Shown here: one piece after another, positions 28,674 through 37,023 of the stretch
How the letters are laid out: each line of letters starts with the position of its first letter
Position numbering within the stretch: the stretch's first letter is position 1
Source of the DNA: Gaiellaceae bacterium
GTDB lineage: Bacteria > Actinomycetota > Thermoleophilia > Gaiellales > Gaiellaceae
NCBI GenBank assembly: GCA_036393535.1
Contig: DASWGR010000002.1
Coordinates: forward strand, 1 to 44,070
DNA: 44,070 nucleotides
Reading direction: 5' to 3'
Translations under genes and position numbers: made by a program
Notes under the pieces: generated by a model
What the model was told of the DNA's origin: nothing
Database searches by the model: none
The model's input: the letters and a program-made list of their open reading frames with translations, nothing else

Positions 28674-29698
28674 TCCGCCGGAAGGAGCCGCGCCTGCGTG
28701 GCCTTGAAGCTCGCCACGACCGCCTCTCCCGGGCGCAATGCGAGCCGTTCGGCCGAGGCGGCGGTGATCTCCGCGGTCAGGAACGGGAGGCGCACCCGCA
28801 CCCGGTTGCCCACCCGCGTGAGCGAGACAATCTCCGCGGGCAGATGGTTCAGCGCCGAGTCGTCGGGTGCCGCGCGGGCCAGCGAGACGTCCCACGGGTA
28901 GACGACCAAGGCGGTTGCGCCTCGAGCCTCGTCTGTGGAGAGCACGACACGGCCGCCGTCGAAGCTGAAGCGCGTCAGGCCGTCCGGCCCCGGCTCCGCG
29001 ACACCGGCCAACACGTTGGCACCGGCGAACTCGGCAACGAAAGGGTCTGCAGGTGACCCGAGCAGGTCTGCCGGCGATCCCAGCTGCCTCAGCCGCCCAG
29101 CGACGAGGACACCGACGCGATCTGCGAGCGCGGCTGCATCCTCGAAATCATGCGTGACGAGCAAAGTGGGTAGGCCGAGCTCGCGCAAGAGGTCGTGCAA
29201 CTCGGCGCGCACCTTGCCACGTGTATGCGGGTCCAGAGCCGCCATGGGCTCGTCGAGCAGCAGGACACGCGGTTGCCTCGCTAAGGCGCGCGCCAGGGCG
29301 ACCCGCTGGCGTTCTCCGCCGGAGAGTTCGCTTGGCTTCGCCTTGGCGAGGTGCTCGATGTGCAGGCGCCAGAGGAGACTGTCCGCGCGCCCACCCCCGA
29401 AGGTGATATTGCGCTCGACGCTGAGATGCGGAAAGAGGGCGTACTCCTGAAAGACGAAGCCCACTGAGCGTTCCTCGGGTCGGCGATCGATGCGACGTTT
29501 GGCGTCGAACCAGACGTCGTCTCCGCAGGCGACCGTGCCTCGCGCTGGCCGGGCAAGGCCTGCAATCGCGCGTAAGACAGACGTCTTGCCGGCGCCGGAC
29601 GGACCGACGAGCGCGACCGTCTCGCGGCCGACTTCGAGCGCTAGCTCGAGATCGAAGTCGCGAAGCGGGAGCGAAAGATCGAGGCGAAGCGAAGCCAT
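28670..29698 (-). CDS. modC: molybdate ABC transporter ATP-binding protein
   Basis: Walker A 'GPSGAGKTS', 'LSGGERQR', 'LLLDEP', and a C-terminal TOBE/Mop domain. 58-nt overlap with modB. Confidence 0.9.
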   Translation of the reverse strand: MASLRLDLSLPLRDFDLELALEVGRETVALVGPSGAGKTSVLRAIAGLARPARGTVACGDDVWFDAKRRIDRRPEERSVGFVFQEYALFPHLSVERNITFGGGRADSLLWRLHIEHLAKAKPSELSGGERQRVALARALARQPRVLLLDEPMAALDPHTRGKVRAELHDLLRELGLPTLLVTHDFEDAAALADRVGVLVAGRLRQLGSPADLLGSPADPFVAEFAGANVLAGVAEPGPDGLTRFSFDGGRVVLSTDEARGATALVVYPWDVSLARAAPDDSALNHLPAEIVSLTRVGNRVRVRLPFLTAEITAASAERLALRPGEAVVASFKATQARLLPAD

Positions 29699-30462
29699 CC
29701 GTAGAGTCTGAGTGTGACGAGGAGTAGCGCGCCGACGATGATGAAGAGCGCGCTGATCGCCAGCGCGGTGTCGAAGTCCTGATCGAACTGCGCATAGATC
29801 GCCAGGGGCAACGTCTGCGTGACGCCTTGCAGACTGCCGGCGAAGATGAGCGTCGCGCCGAATTCGCCGAGCCCGCGCGCCAGTGCGAGAGCTGAGGCAG
29901 CGCCTAACCCGCCGGCGGCAAGCGGGAGCGCGACACGCGCGAAAACGCGGGCCGGTGACGCGCCGAGCGTTCGGGCCGCATCGACGAGTGTTCCGTCGAT
30001 CGCCTCGAACGCTGCGATCGCGCCGCGAAAGTAGAACGGACTCTCCACGAATATGACCGCGAGCACGACCGCTGTCTGCGTGAACGGAATCTGAATGCCC
30101 AACGCATCGAGCTGGTCGCCGAGGAGACCGGCGCGACCGAACGCCGCGAAGAGCGCGATGCCCGCCACCGCGGGCGGCAACACGAGGGGCAGCTCGATCA
30201 GCGTGAGCACTGCGCTACGGCCTGGGAAGCGGCGACGTGCCAGCAGGTAAGCCGCCGGAGTGCCGACCAGCAGGACGGCTGCGTGGGCGATCGCACTCGT
30301 CTTGATGCTGACGACGAGGGCGTCGCGCGTGACATTGTGGCCCAGGGCGCCGAGGAGATCACCGGGCGGCACACGCAGAAAGATCGCCGCGACCGGTAGG
30401 AGCAGGAAGGCGAGTGCAATCGCAGTCGCGGCCGCAAACAGCGCGGCGAAGAGCGCCCTCAT
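29641..30462 (-). CDS. modB: molybdate ABC transporter permease
   Basis: 273 aa. 'LPLVLPPAVAGIALF' and the EAA loop 'DAARTLGASPARVFARVALP', typical of ModB. Confidence 0.9.
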   Translation of the reverse strand: MRALFAALFAAATAIALAFLLLPVAAIFLRVPPGDLLGALGHNVTRDALVVSIKTSAIAHAAVLLVGTPAAYLLARRRFPGRSAVLTLIELPLVLPPAVAGIALFAAFGRAGLLGDQLDALGIQIPFTQTAVVLAVIFVESPFYFRGAIAAFEAIDGTLVDAARTLGASPARVFARVALPLAAGGLGAASALALARGLGEFGATLIFAGSLQGVTQTLPLAIYAQFDQDFDTALAISALFIIVGALLLVTLRLYGWLRFASIFRSRFATSISS

Positions 30463-31187
30463 TTCTTCTTCTTCAGCAGGCCGAACCCGGCCTGTGCGAG
30501 CAGCAGTCGCGCCCGTTTGGAGACGAGTTGCTTCACGAATGCCCGGGCGGCCACCAGGTGCGAGCTCGTCTTCACCACCGCGAGCTCGTACCGGATCGCC
30601 GGCTGCGCCCAGCCGGGCAAGGCAATCGATTTCGTGCGCGAGGCCACCGGTTTCGCGTCAGTGCGGTAAACCAGCCCTGCATCCGCCTCGCCCAGGGCAG
30701 CCTTGGTGACGATGCTTTTGACGTCGGTCTCCTGGCTGACGACGTTCTTCATCACGTCCGCGGTGATGCCAAGCGTGTCCAGAATCTGGCGGGTGTAGGT
30801 CCCGATCGGAACGGTGCGGTCTCCAATCACGAGCTTGATCCCTTCACGCCGCAGGTCGTAGACCGTGTTGATGTTCGCGGGGTTCGACCTCGGGACGAGA
30901 ATGATCAACTTGTTCGTCGCAAACACGACCGGCTTCAGGACGAACCCGTCGCGATAGAGAAGCTGCGTGTACTTCGGGCTCGCAGCCGCGTACACGTCGG
31001 CGGGCGCGCCCTGCCGGATCTGGAGAGCGAGCTGGTCGGAGCCCGCGAAGCTGTAGGTCGGACTCGCAGCGATTCGCGGGAACACTTCGGTGAGTGACGC
31101 GGCGGCGAAGACGGTGATCGGCGTCCCTCCGGAGACGGACGCAGGCAGCGCCAGCGCGGCGAGTGCCACCGCGAGGAGGCGTTTCAT
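30459..31187 (-). CDS. modA: molybdate ABC transporter substrate-binding protein
   Basis: Signal peptide, 'ITVFAAASLTEVF', 'GAPADVYAAAS', 'GEADAGLVYRTD'. ATGA overlaps on both sides. Confidence 0.9.
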   Translation of the reverse strand: MKRLLAVALAALALPASVSGGTPITVFAAASLTEVFPRIAASPTYSFAGSDQLALQIRQGAPADVYAAASPKYTQLLYRDGFVLKPVVFATNKLIILVPRSNPANINTVYDLRREGIKLVIGDRTVPIGTYTRQILDTLGITADVMKNVVSQETDVKSIVTKAALGEADAGLVYRTDAKPVASRTKSIALPGWAQPAIRYELAVVKTSSHLVAARAFVKQLVSKRARLLLAQAGFGLLKKKK

Positions 31188-31555
31188 CGCTCGACCATGA
31201 CCGAGGTCGCCTTCACGACCGCGGTCGCGGACACGCCGGGCGTGAGGCCGAGACTCTCCGCCGACTCGCGCGTGATCACTGCGACGAGCCGGCCACCCTT
31301 GGTCACGTCGAGCTCGACTTCGGCGAGGAGGCCGTCGAGCTTCACCTCCCGGACAACGCCCTCGAGACGGTTGCGGGCGCTGAGCGTCCTGCGATCCTCG
31401 CCGCGCAGGCGCTCGACCTCCCGCGCAGGAACGACGCGCCTGTTGGCCGAGTCACGCTGGACGCGAATCCGCCCCTGCCGGTCCCAGCGACGGAGCGTGT
31501 CGAGGCTGATTCCGAGCGCGCGCGCCGCCTCGCCTGCCGTGTAGGTGCGTGCCAC
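31184..31555 (-). CDS. MerR/excisionase-type HTH fused to a TOBE (Mop) domain; ModE-analogue regulator
   Basis: 'YTAGEAARALGISLDTLRRWDRQG' HTH, then TOBE 'RNRLEGVVREVKLDGLLAEVELDV...TAVVKATSVMV'. First gene of the mod operon, with a GTG start. Confidence 0.8.
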   Translation of the reverse strand: MARTYTAGEAARALGISLDTLRRWDRQGRIRVQRDSANRRVVPAREVERLRGEDRRTLSARNRLEGVVREVKLDGLLAEVELDVTKGGRLVAVITRESAESLGLTPGVSATAVVKATSVMVER

Positions 31556-31570
31556 AAGGCGGCACGCTAC

Positions 31571-31580
31571 TGCATATGCA
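31571..31580. promoter_or_regulatory. 10-bp perfect palindrome TGCATATGCA upstream of the mod regulator/operon
   Basis: Lies 16-25 nt upstream of GTG 31555, in the only AT-rich patch of the 46-nt intergenic gap. It overlaps the only plausible -10-like hexamers. Confidence 0.35.
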
Positions 31581-31601
31581 TTACCTAGGCAAGATGGCTA
31601 C

Positions 31602-32066
31602 CTACGGCGTGGCGGCGTCGACGGAATACCCAAGGTTGTTCAGCTGAATTATGGCCGCCTGGCCGTTCTTGATCGCAGCCGATTTTCCGAGCTTGCCCAG
31701 CACTTCCCGCGCCTTCACGATGCTCACCCTGCGCGCTTCCTTCACCGGCTCGAGCGCGTCGGCAAGATCACCGAAGGCCTGCGCGAGCTGCTTGTTCGCA
31801 GTGCGGGTGTTTGCCGGCGGCTGGAGGCCCTTCAGGTTCTTCTCGCCGTCGCGAAGCGCTTTCTGGAGATCCGAAACCGCACCGTTGAAGTCCGCGATCG
31901 TGACCACCTTGCCAAGCTGCTGTCCGGCGATCGTGATCGCCTGGCCGGACTTCGCGAGCTGGGCCTGGTACTGCGCCTTGGTCACGGTTTTCGGGCTGCT
32001 GCCGCAACCCGCAACCACCACCAGAAGTGCCACTAGGGACAGAGCAAGGAGGCGTGCCGGGTTCAT
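31602..32066 (-). CDS. hypothetical lipoprotein
   Basis: Signal peptide with lipobox 'VVAGCGS'. The mature part is helical and Lys/Ala/Gln-rich. No family recognised. Confidence 0.6.
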   Translation of the reverse strand: MNPARLLALSLVALLVVVAGCGSSPKTVTKAQYQAQLAKSGQAITIAGQQLGKVVTIADFNGAVSDLQKALRDGEKNLKGLQPPANTRTANKQLAQAFGDLADALEPVKEARRVSIVKAREVLGKLGKSAAIKNGQAAIIQLNNLGYSVDAATP

Positions 32067-32082
32067 CGGCCCGCTACCCTAG

Positions 32083-32167
32083 CGACGCCGGGGTGCGCTG
32101 CGACGGCGGCGCTGAGATCACACCCGTGGAACCTGATCTGGTTAGAACCAGCGGAGGGAGCGATCGC
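32083..32167 (+). promoter_or_regulatory. TPP (thiamine pyrophosphate) riboswitch, THI element (approximate ends)
   Basis: All conserved blocks are present in order: GGGGTGC (32090), GCTGAGA (32111), ACCC (32122), GAACCTGATCTGGTTAGAACCAGCGGAGGGA (32129-32159). It sits immediately upstream of ATG 32168. Confidence 0.9.
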
Positions 32168-33526
32168 ATGCAGGGCACGCCACAGTGGGGAATCGAACCA
32201 GTGCCGGAGCGCCTGCGGGTCCTCGGCCTCATGGACACGACGCTCCTCTGGACGAACCTCGGCATCTCGCTGCTGGTCCTCGTCCTGCCGGCCTATTTCG
32301 ATCTGCCGCTACGGGATGCGCTCGCGGCGACGCTCGTCGGGGCGCTGATCGGCAACCTGATGCTCGCGGTCGCCGCGCTCATCGGCGCCGACGCGCGCGT
32401 GCCGACGATGGTGCTTCAGCGCGCGCCACTCGGGCGCCGTGGTTCGTACCTGCCGACTGCGCTCAACGTGGTCCAGTGTCTGGGGTGGGCGATCTTCGAG
32501 TTGATCGTGATCGCGACCGCAGCCGGTCTCCTGTGCGACAAGCTCTTCGGCTTCAAGGGGGTGTGGATCTGGAAGCTCGCTTTCGGCGCGGTGGCCGCCG
32601 TGCTTGCACTCCTCGGTCCCGTTGGCTTCGTGCGCCGCTTCGTGCGCAAGTTCGCCATCTGGGCCGTCCTCGCTTCCGTGATCTATCTCGCCTGGTGGAT
32701 CGCGGACGGTGCCCACGTCCACCGCATCTGGTCGGAGAGTGGCCACAAGGGCTCGTTCTGGCTTGCGGTGGACACCGTCGTCGCGGTCACGGTCTCGTGG
32801 GCGCCGTTGGTGGCCGACTACACGCGGTTCTCGCGCGACCGTCGCAGCGCGTTCTTCGGCGTGGGCATCGGCTACCTCCTGCCGACGCTGTTCCAGTTCG
32901 GCTTTGGGTCCATCCTCGTTCTGTCGCGCGGCGTCGACCCGAACCGTCCCGAGTTGATCCTGATCGCGATCGCCGGCGGCGGGTTGGCGGCGGCCCTTGC
33001 TCTGCTCGCCTTGACGGTCGACGAGACGGATGAAGCTTTCGCCAATGTGTACTCCGCAGCCGTCTCGACACAAAACCTGTTCCCGCGGATCTCGCAGCGC
33101 GCTTTGATCGTCGGCGCCTCCGTGCTCGCGACCGGCGGCGCGCTCGCAATCGACATGCGCAGCTACCAGCGTTTCCTGCTGCTGCTCGGCGCAGTGTTCG
33201 TTCCGTTACTCGGCGTGCTCGTCGCGGACTGGCTGCTCGCCGGCGCGCACTACACCCGACGTCACGTCTTCGAAGGGCCCGCCTTCCGCACGGCCAATAT
33301 CGTCGCGTGGCTTGCGGGCTTCGCGGCCTACGAGTGGCTGTATCAGCCGACCGATCTCGGCTTCTGGAGCCGGTGGGTCGGTCATCTGCCGACGCCGTCG
33401 TACCAGGTCGGTGCCTCGGTGCCGAGCTTTGCGGTCGCCTTCCTGCTGACGGCTGCGGCCGTGACGCTAGGCTCGTCGCGTGCCGCCGCTCGCGCTCGTC
33501 GGGAACCTCTCCCGGGACGTCGTTGA
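32168..33526 (+). CDS. NCS1-family permease, CytX-like (predicted hydroxymethylpyrimidine/thiamine-precursor transporter)
   Basis: 452 aa from ATG 32168 with about 12 TM segments. The 'GIEPVPE..R..G..DT.LLW.NLGISLL' N-terminus is typical of cytosine/purine permease-like CytX. It follows the TPP riboswitch. Confidence 0.85.
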   Translation: MQGTPQWGIEPVPERLRVLGLMDTTLLWTNLGISLLVLVLPAYFDLPLRDALAATLVGALIGNLMLAVAALIGADARVPTMVLQRAPLGRRGSYLPTALNVVQCLGWAIFELIVIATAAGLLCDKLFGFKGVWIWKLAFGAVAAVLALLGPVGFVRRFVRKFAIWAVLASVIYLAWWIADGAHVHRIWSESGHKGSFWLAVDTVVAVTVSWAPLVADYTRFSRDRRSAFFGVGIGYLLPTLFQFGFGSILVLSRGVDPNRPELILIAIAGGGLAAALALLALTVDETDEAFANVYSAAVSTQNLFPRISQRALIVGASVLATGGALAIDMRSYQRFLLLLGAVFVPLLGVLVADWLLAGAHYTRRHVFEGPAFRTANIVAWLAGFAAYEWLYQPTDLGFWSRWVGHLPTPSYQVGASVPSFAVAFLLTAAAVTLGSSRAAARARREPLPGRR

Positions 33527-34256
33527 CGGCGGCGCGCCGCGAATCGGCGGCGCACCCTACTACGCGGCACGCGCCTGGCGCGTACTCGGGACACGCGGCA
33601 CGATCTTCGCGCGCAGCGGGCCCGAAGACCGCGTCGGCTACACACGCCATCTGACCGCCCTCGGGCTGCCGGTCGTCTCGCTCGAAGGAACGACGACGAC
33701 ATCGTTCTCCTTTCACTACGAGGGCGACACAAGGATCATGACGGTCGTTCAACGGGGCGACGTCTGGACGCCGGACGACGCCGCAGTCGTGCCGCCGGGC
33801 GGCTGGATTCACGTTGCGCCGCTCCTGCGATCGGATTTTCCGGCAGAGACGCTCGCCGCGTTTGCACGCGGACGACACCTCTCACTCGACGGCCAGGGAC
33901 TGGTGCGCGCCTCGGAGCCGGGGCCGTTGCGGCTCGACGCGGACTTCGACCCGGCGATACTCGAGCGTGTGCAGATTCTCAAGTTGGCCGAGGAAGAGGC
34001 GGAAGTCGTCGGCGCAATCGACGAGCTCGGCGTTCCCGAGGTGCTGGTCACGTTCGGCGAACGTGGCTCGCGCGTCTACTACAAAGGCCGCTCGGAAGAG
34101 GTCGGAGCGTGGCCGGTCGCGGTCGACCCGACGGGCTCGGGGGACGCCTTTTCCGCTGCCTACCTCGCAGGCAGGTCTCAGGGCCTGGCTCCGGTGGCGG
34201 CGGCACGCCAGGCGACCGGCGTCGTCGGAGCCCTGCTGACCGGACGACTGACGTGA
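33480..34256 (+). CDS. PfkB-family (ribokinase-like) kinase
   Basis: 258 aa. N-terminal 'LVGNLSRDVV' and the C-terminal PfkB signature 'DPTGSGDAFSAAYLAG'. 47-nt overlap with the permease gene. Confidence 0.85.
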   Translation: MPPLALVGNLSRDVVDGGAPRIGGAPYYAARAWRVLGTRGTIFARSGPEDRVGYTRHLTALGLPVVSLEGTTTTSFSFHYEGDTRIMTVVQRGDVWTPDDAAVVPPGGWIHVAPLLRSDFPAETLAAFARGRHLSLDGQGLVRASEPGPLRLDADFDPAILERVQILKLAEEEAEVVGAIDELGVPEVLVTFGERGSRVYYKGRSEEVGAWPVAVDPTGSGDAFSAAYLAGRSQGLAPVAAARQATGVVGALLTGRLT

Positions 34257-34636
34257 CTGCAGCCGTTCGAACCGCGTCCGGGACGTACGTCGTCGACGTG
34301 GAGGCGGAAGAGGTGATCGGCGCGGGCGACGATTTCGAGCCGCCGAGTGTCGCGGTCGAGCTTCCGCGTGTCGTCGCAGCGGCCGCAGCAGGTGCGACCG
34401 TTGTCGCAGTCGTCGACCGGCGTCCACCGCTCGTGATCTCCAACGACGCAGGCCGCACATGGCGTGAAGCGGGCGGCGGCCTGCCCGCCGGCTTTGCTGT
34501 GGCGATCGACGAGGACAATCCCGACGTCATGCTCTTCGCGGGACGGAACCGCCTCTACCTGTCGGAGAACGGCGGCATCTTCTGGCGCGCACTCGTGCCG
34601 GAACTCCCGGAGATCCAAGCGGTGGTGTTCCTCTAG
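34253..34636 (+). CDS. small protein with two Asp-box/BNR-like motifs
   Basis: 127 aa from GTG 34253, a GTGA overlap with the kinase stop. 'SNDAGRTW' and 'SENGGIFW' match SxDxGxTW-type Asp-boxes. GC3-rich. Confidence 0.6.
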   Translation: MTAAVRTASGTYVVDVEAEEVIGAGDDFEPPSVAVELPRVVAAAAAGATVVAVVDRRPPLVISNDAGRTWREAGGGLPAGFAVAIDEDNPDVMLFAGRNRLYLSENGGIFWRALVPELPEIQAVVFL

Positions 34637-34830
34637 GACGATCTCGCGAAATGCCGCCGGGCGAAGCTCGTGACTGCGTACCCTGCGCCTGCGATTCCAG
34701 CGGTCGCGAACCCGAGAATGTTCGTCGTGACGCACGTCCGGCGGGCGTTGCAACAGACGGCGGCCATCGGCGGGTTCTCGCCGTACCTCCCGGCAACCTG
34801 TGCCATGCGGCCCGTCCAAATCGTCTTCAC
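34633..34830 (-). CDS. possible small membrane protein (start uncertain: GTG 34830 or ATG 34806)
   Basis: GC3-rich frame with a C-terminal hydrophobic stretch 'NILGFATAGIAGAGYAVTSF'. No homology recognised. Shares a CTAG stop overlap with the convergent gene. Confidence 0.3.
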   Translation of the reverse strand: MKTIWTGRMAQVAGRYGENPPMAAVCCNARRTCVTTNILGFATAGIAGAGYAVTSFARRHFARSS

Positions 34831-34868
34831 AGGACGAGCGTAGCGGTGCTACGCCACGAAGTCATGCT

Positions 34869-35711
34869 TCAGAAGCGGAATTCACCGCGTGCCACGATGA
34901 CCGCCGCGCCGCCGACCTCGACGCGGTCGATCCGCTCCGGCGATCCGTCCACGCGCACGTAGAGCGTCGACGGTCTGCCGATCTCGGCGCCCTGCGACAC
35001 CTCGACCTCTTCGCCGAAGCCGATGCGGCCGTGGCGTACGAGATGAATGCCGAGCGGCCCGCAGGCCGACCCCGTCGCGGGATCTTCGGCGACACCGCTC
35101 GCCGGTGCGAACATCCGCGTCTTCCAGCTCGTCCCCGATCCCGCGAAGCAGTTCACGCCTACGTGCGTGAGACGGCCGAGCGCAGCGAAGTCGGGCTCGA
35201 GCGCAGCGACCTCCTCCTTGCTGCCGAGCTCGAGGAAGACGTGATGCGGTCCCAGGTCGTACGCCTCGACCGGCAGTTGTGAGCGTACGCCCAGCAGTTC
35301 CTGTAGCTCCTCCGCCTGCGCGAATGGCTCCCAGTTCGGAATCGGCTGCTGCATCCAGCCGAACACGATCCGCGCGCCTTCCCGTTCGAGCATGACGGGT
35401 ATGACGCCCGCCCCGGTCTCGAGGCGGATCTCGCCGAGCTGGAGCGGCGCCCCGAGGACGAACGCGGATCCGAGCACAGGATGTCCGGCAAAAGGCAGCT
35501 CGGCCGCAGGAGTGAAGATCCGAATCCGCGCATGGCCCCCGACCTCGGGCGGGAGGACGAAAACCGTCTCGGAAAAGTTCATCTCGCGCGCGAGCTTCTG
35601 CATCGTCTCGTCGTCGACCCCGCGCCCGTCGGTGAAGACGGCGAGCTGGTTGCCGGCCAGAGGAACGTCCGTGAACACGTCCGCGACGACGTAGCGAAGG
35701 GTGGTGGACAC
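34869..35711 (-). CDS. PhzF family isomerase
   Basis: 280 aa from GTG 35711: 'RYVVADVFTDVPLAGNQLAVF', 'NFSETVF', 'IRIFTPAAELPFAGHPVLG', 'EDPATGSA'. Confidence 0.9.
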   Translation of the reverse strand: MSTTLRYVVADVFTDVPLAGNQLAVFTDGRGVDDETMQKLAREMNFSETVFVLPPEVGGHARIRIFTPAAELPFAGHPVLGSAFVLGAPLQLGEIRLETGAGVIPVMLEREGARIVFGWMQQPIPNWEPFAQAEELQELLGVRSQLPVEAYDLGPHHVFLELGSKEEVAALEPDFAALGRLTHVGVNCFAGSGTSWKTRMFAPASGVAEDPATGSACGPLGIHLVRHGRIGFGEEVEVSQGAEIGRPSTLYVRVDGSPERIDRVEVGGAAVIVARGEFRF

Positions 35712-35735
35712 AGACCAATCCTCTACGATGATCGG

Positions 35736-36998
35736 GTGGCCCGGCGGCTCCTTCTGCTCGTCGTCGCGGTTGCTGCGCTGTCGGGGTCGGCGCCGGCTAT
35801 CGCGGTCGTCTCTGGTGAGCAAAGCCTGTTGGTGATCAGAGCGACGTGGGGCCCCAAGCCCTTCGCCACGGAGGACGTCAGGGCAGTCCTCGACAAGGTC
35901 GACGCATTCTTCCGGACGTCATCCTTCGGCCGCGTGTCGTTCAACAGCACCCTGACACCGTGGCTTCGTGCCTACAGTGACGCTCCCGCGTGCAACCCGC
36001 TCACGATCGCGTACCCCGCCGACGACGCTGCGCGCGCGGCCGGCTACGACCCGTCGGCCTACGACAGGATCGTCTATCTCTTTCCCACGAACGAGTGCGG
36101 GTGGGCAGGATCGCGTTGGGGCAAGCGAGCGCTACTCAACGGAACGCTGACGGTGCAGAACACGGCACACGAGCTCGGCCACACGTTCGGCCTGCCCCAT
36201 GCCCAGGCTTGGTCGTGCGCTCCCACGCCCTGCGGCGTTGTGAACTACGGCGACCCCTACGACACGATGGGCAGCGGCACCGGCGACTTCGACTCCTACG
36301 AGAAGTGGCTGCTCGGATGGATCACACGGGTGACGCGCCCGTCGCGGCCTGCCGTCTACACGCTCGCGCCCATCGAGGCGCCGTCGGCTCAGGCGCAGGG
36401 GCTCATCGTCACGACGACTCGCAACCGCTACTGGTTCGAAGTGCGGCGCGACCCGGCGCGAGACGCGACCGGCGCAGTGCTCTTGCCTGGCGGCCTCCTC
36501 GTCCACTCCGGTCCGAGCCCGACGATCGCTCCAGGCCTGTCGTCGTACGGCGGCCTCTCGAACGCATTGATTCTGGACCCGGTCGGTCACGGCAGACCAT
36601 GGCTAAAAGCCGGGGACCGCTTCGGGGAGGCTGGAGCATTCCGGATCATGGTGCTTCGAAAAGCGGGCTTCTCGTACAGGCTGCGCTTCGCCTGGACCGA
36701 CACGACGCCACCCAAGAGACCGGCAATCGTGTTTCCCGGAGCGCATGTTCGTCGCTGGGCAAACACCGCGGTGACCTGGCACGACTCGCTCGAGCGGGGA
36801 AGCGGCATTGCTGAATACCGGATCTCGGTCGACCGCGCGCCCGCAGTCTCGATAACCCAGAGCATCTACCCGGAACTGAATGCGGCTTCAATTGCGGACC
36901 TCCGCCGGGGCGCCCACACGATCACCATCGTAGCGATCGACCGCGCCGGTAACCGCAGCCGGCCCGCAATCCGTCGCTTCGTCGTCGGCGGCAGCTGA
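35736..36998 (+). CDS. secreted zinc metalloprotease (metzincin-like HExxHxxGxxH) with C-terminal Ig/Fn3-like domain
   Basis: Signal peptide 'RRLLLLVVAVAALSGSAPA' from GTG 35736. Zinc site 'AHELGHTFGLPH'. C-terminal 'ITIVAIDRAGNRS' beta-sandwich-like region. Confidence 0.8.
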   Translation: MARRLLLLVVAVAALSGSAPAIAVVSGEQSLLVIRATWGPKPFATEDVRAVLDKVDAFFRTSSFGRVSFNSTLTPWLRAYSDAPACNPLTIAYPADDAARAAGYDPSAYDRIVYLFPTNECGWAGSRWGKRALLNGTLTVQNTAHELGHTFGLPHAQAWSCAPTPCGVVNYGDPYDTMGSGTGDFDSYEKWLLGWITRVTRPSRPAVYTLAPIEAPSAQAQGLIVTTTRNRYWFEVRRDPARDATGAVLLPGGLLVHSGPSPTIAPGLSSYGGLSNALILDPVGHGRPWLKAGDRFGEAGAFRIMVLRKAGFSYRLRFAWTDTTPPKRPAIVFPGAHVRRWANTAVTWHDSLERGSGIAEYRISVDRAPAVSITQSIYPELNAASIADLRRGAHTITIVAIDRAGNRSRPAIRRFVVGGS

Positions 36999-37023
36999 CG
37001 CCGGGGGTTAACGTGCTCACGCT

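Noticed and set aside
32787-33878. 363-aa minus-strand ORF opposite the CytX-like permease and PfkB kinase
   Set aside because: Arg/Ser/Pro-rich shadow ORF. The plus-strand genes have TM periodicity and kinase signatures.
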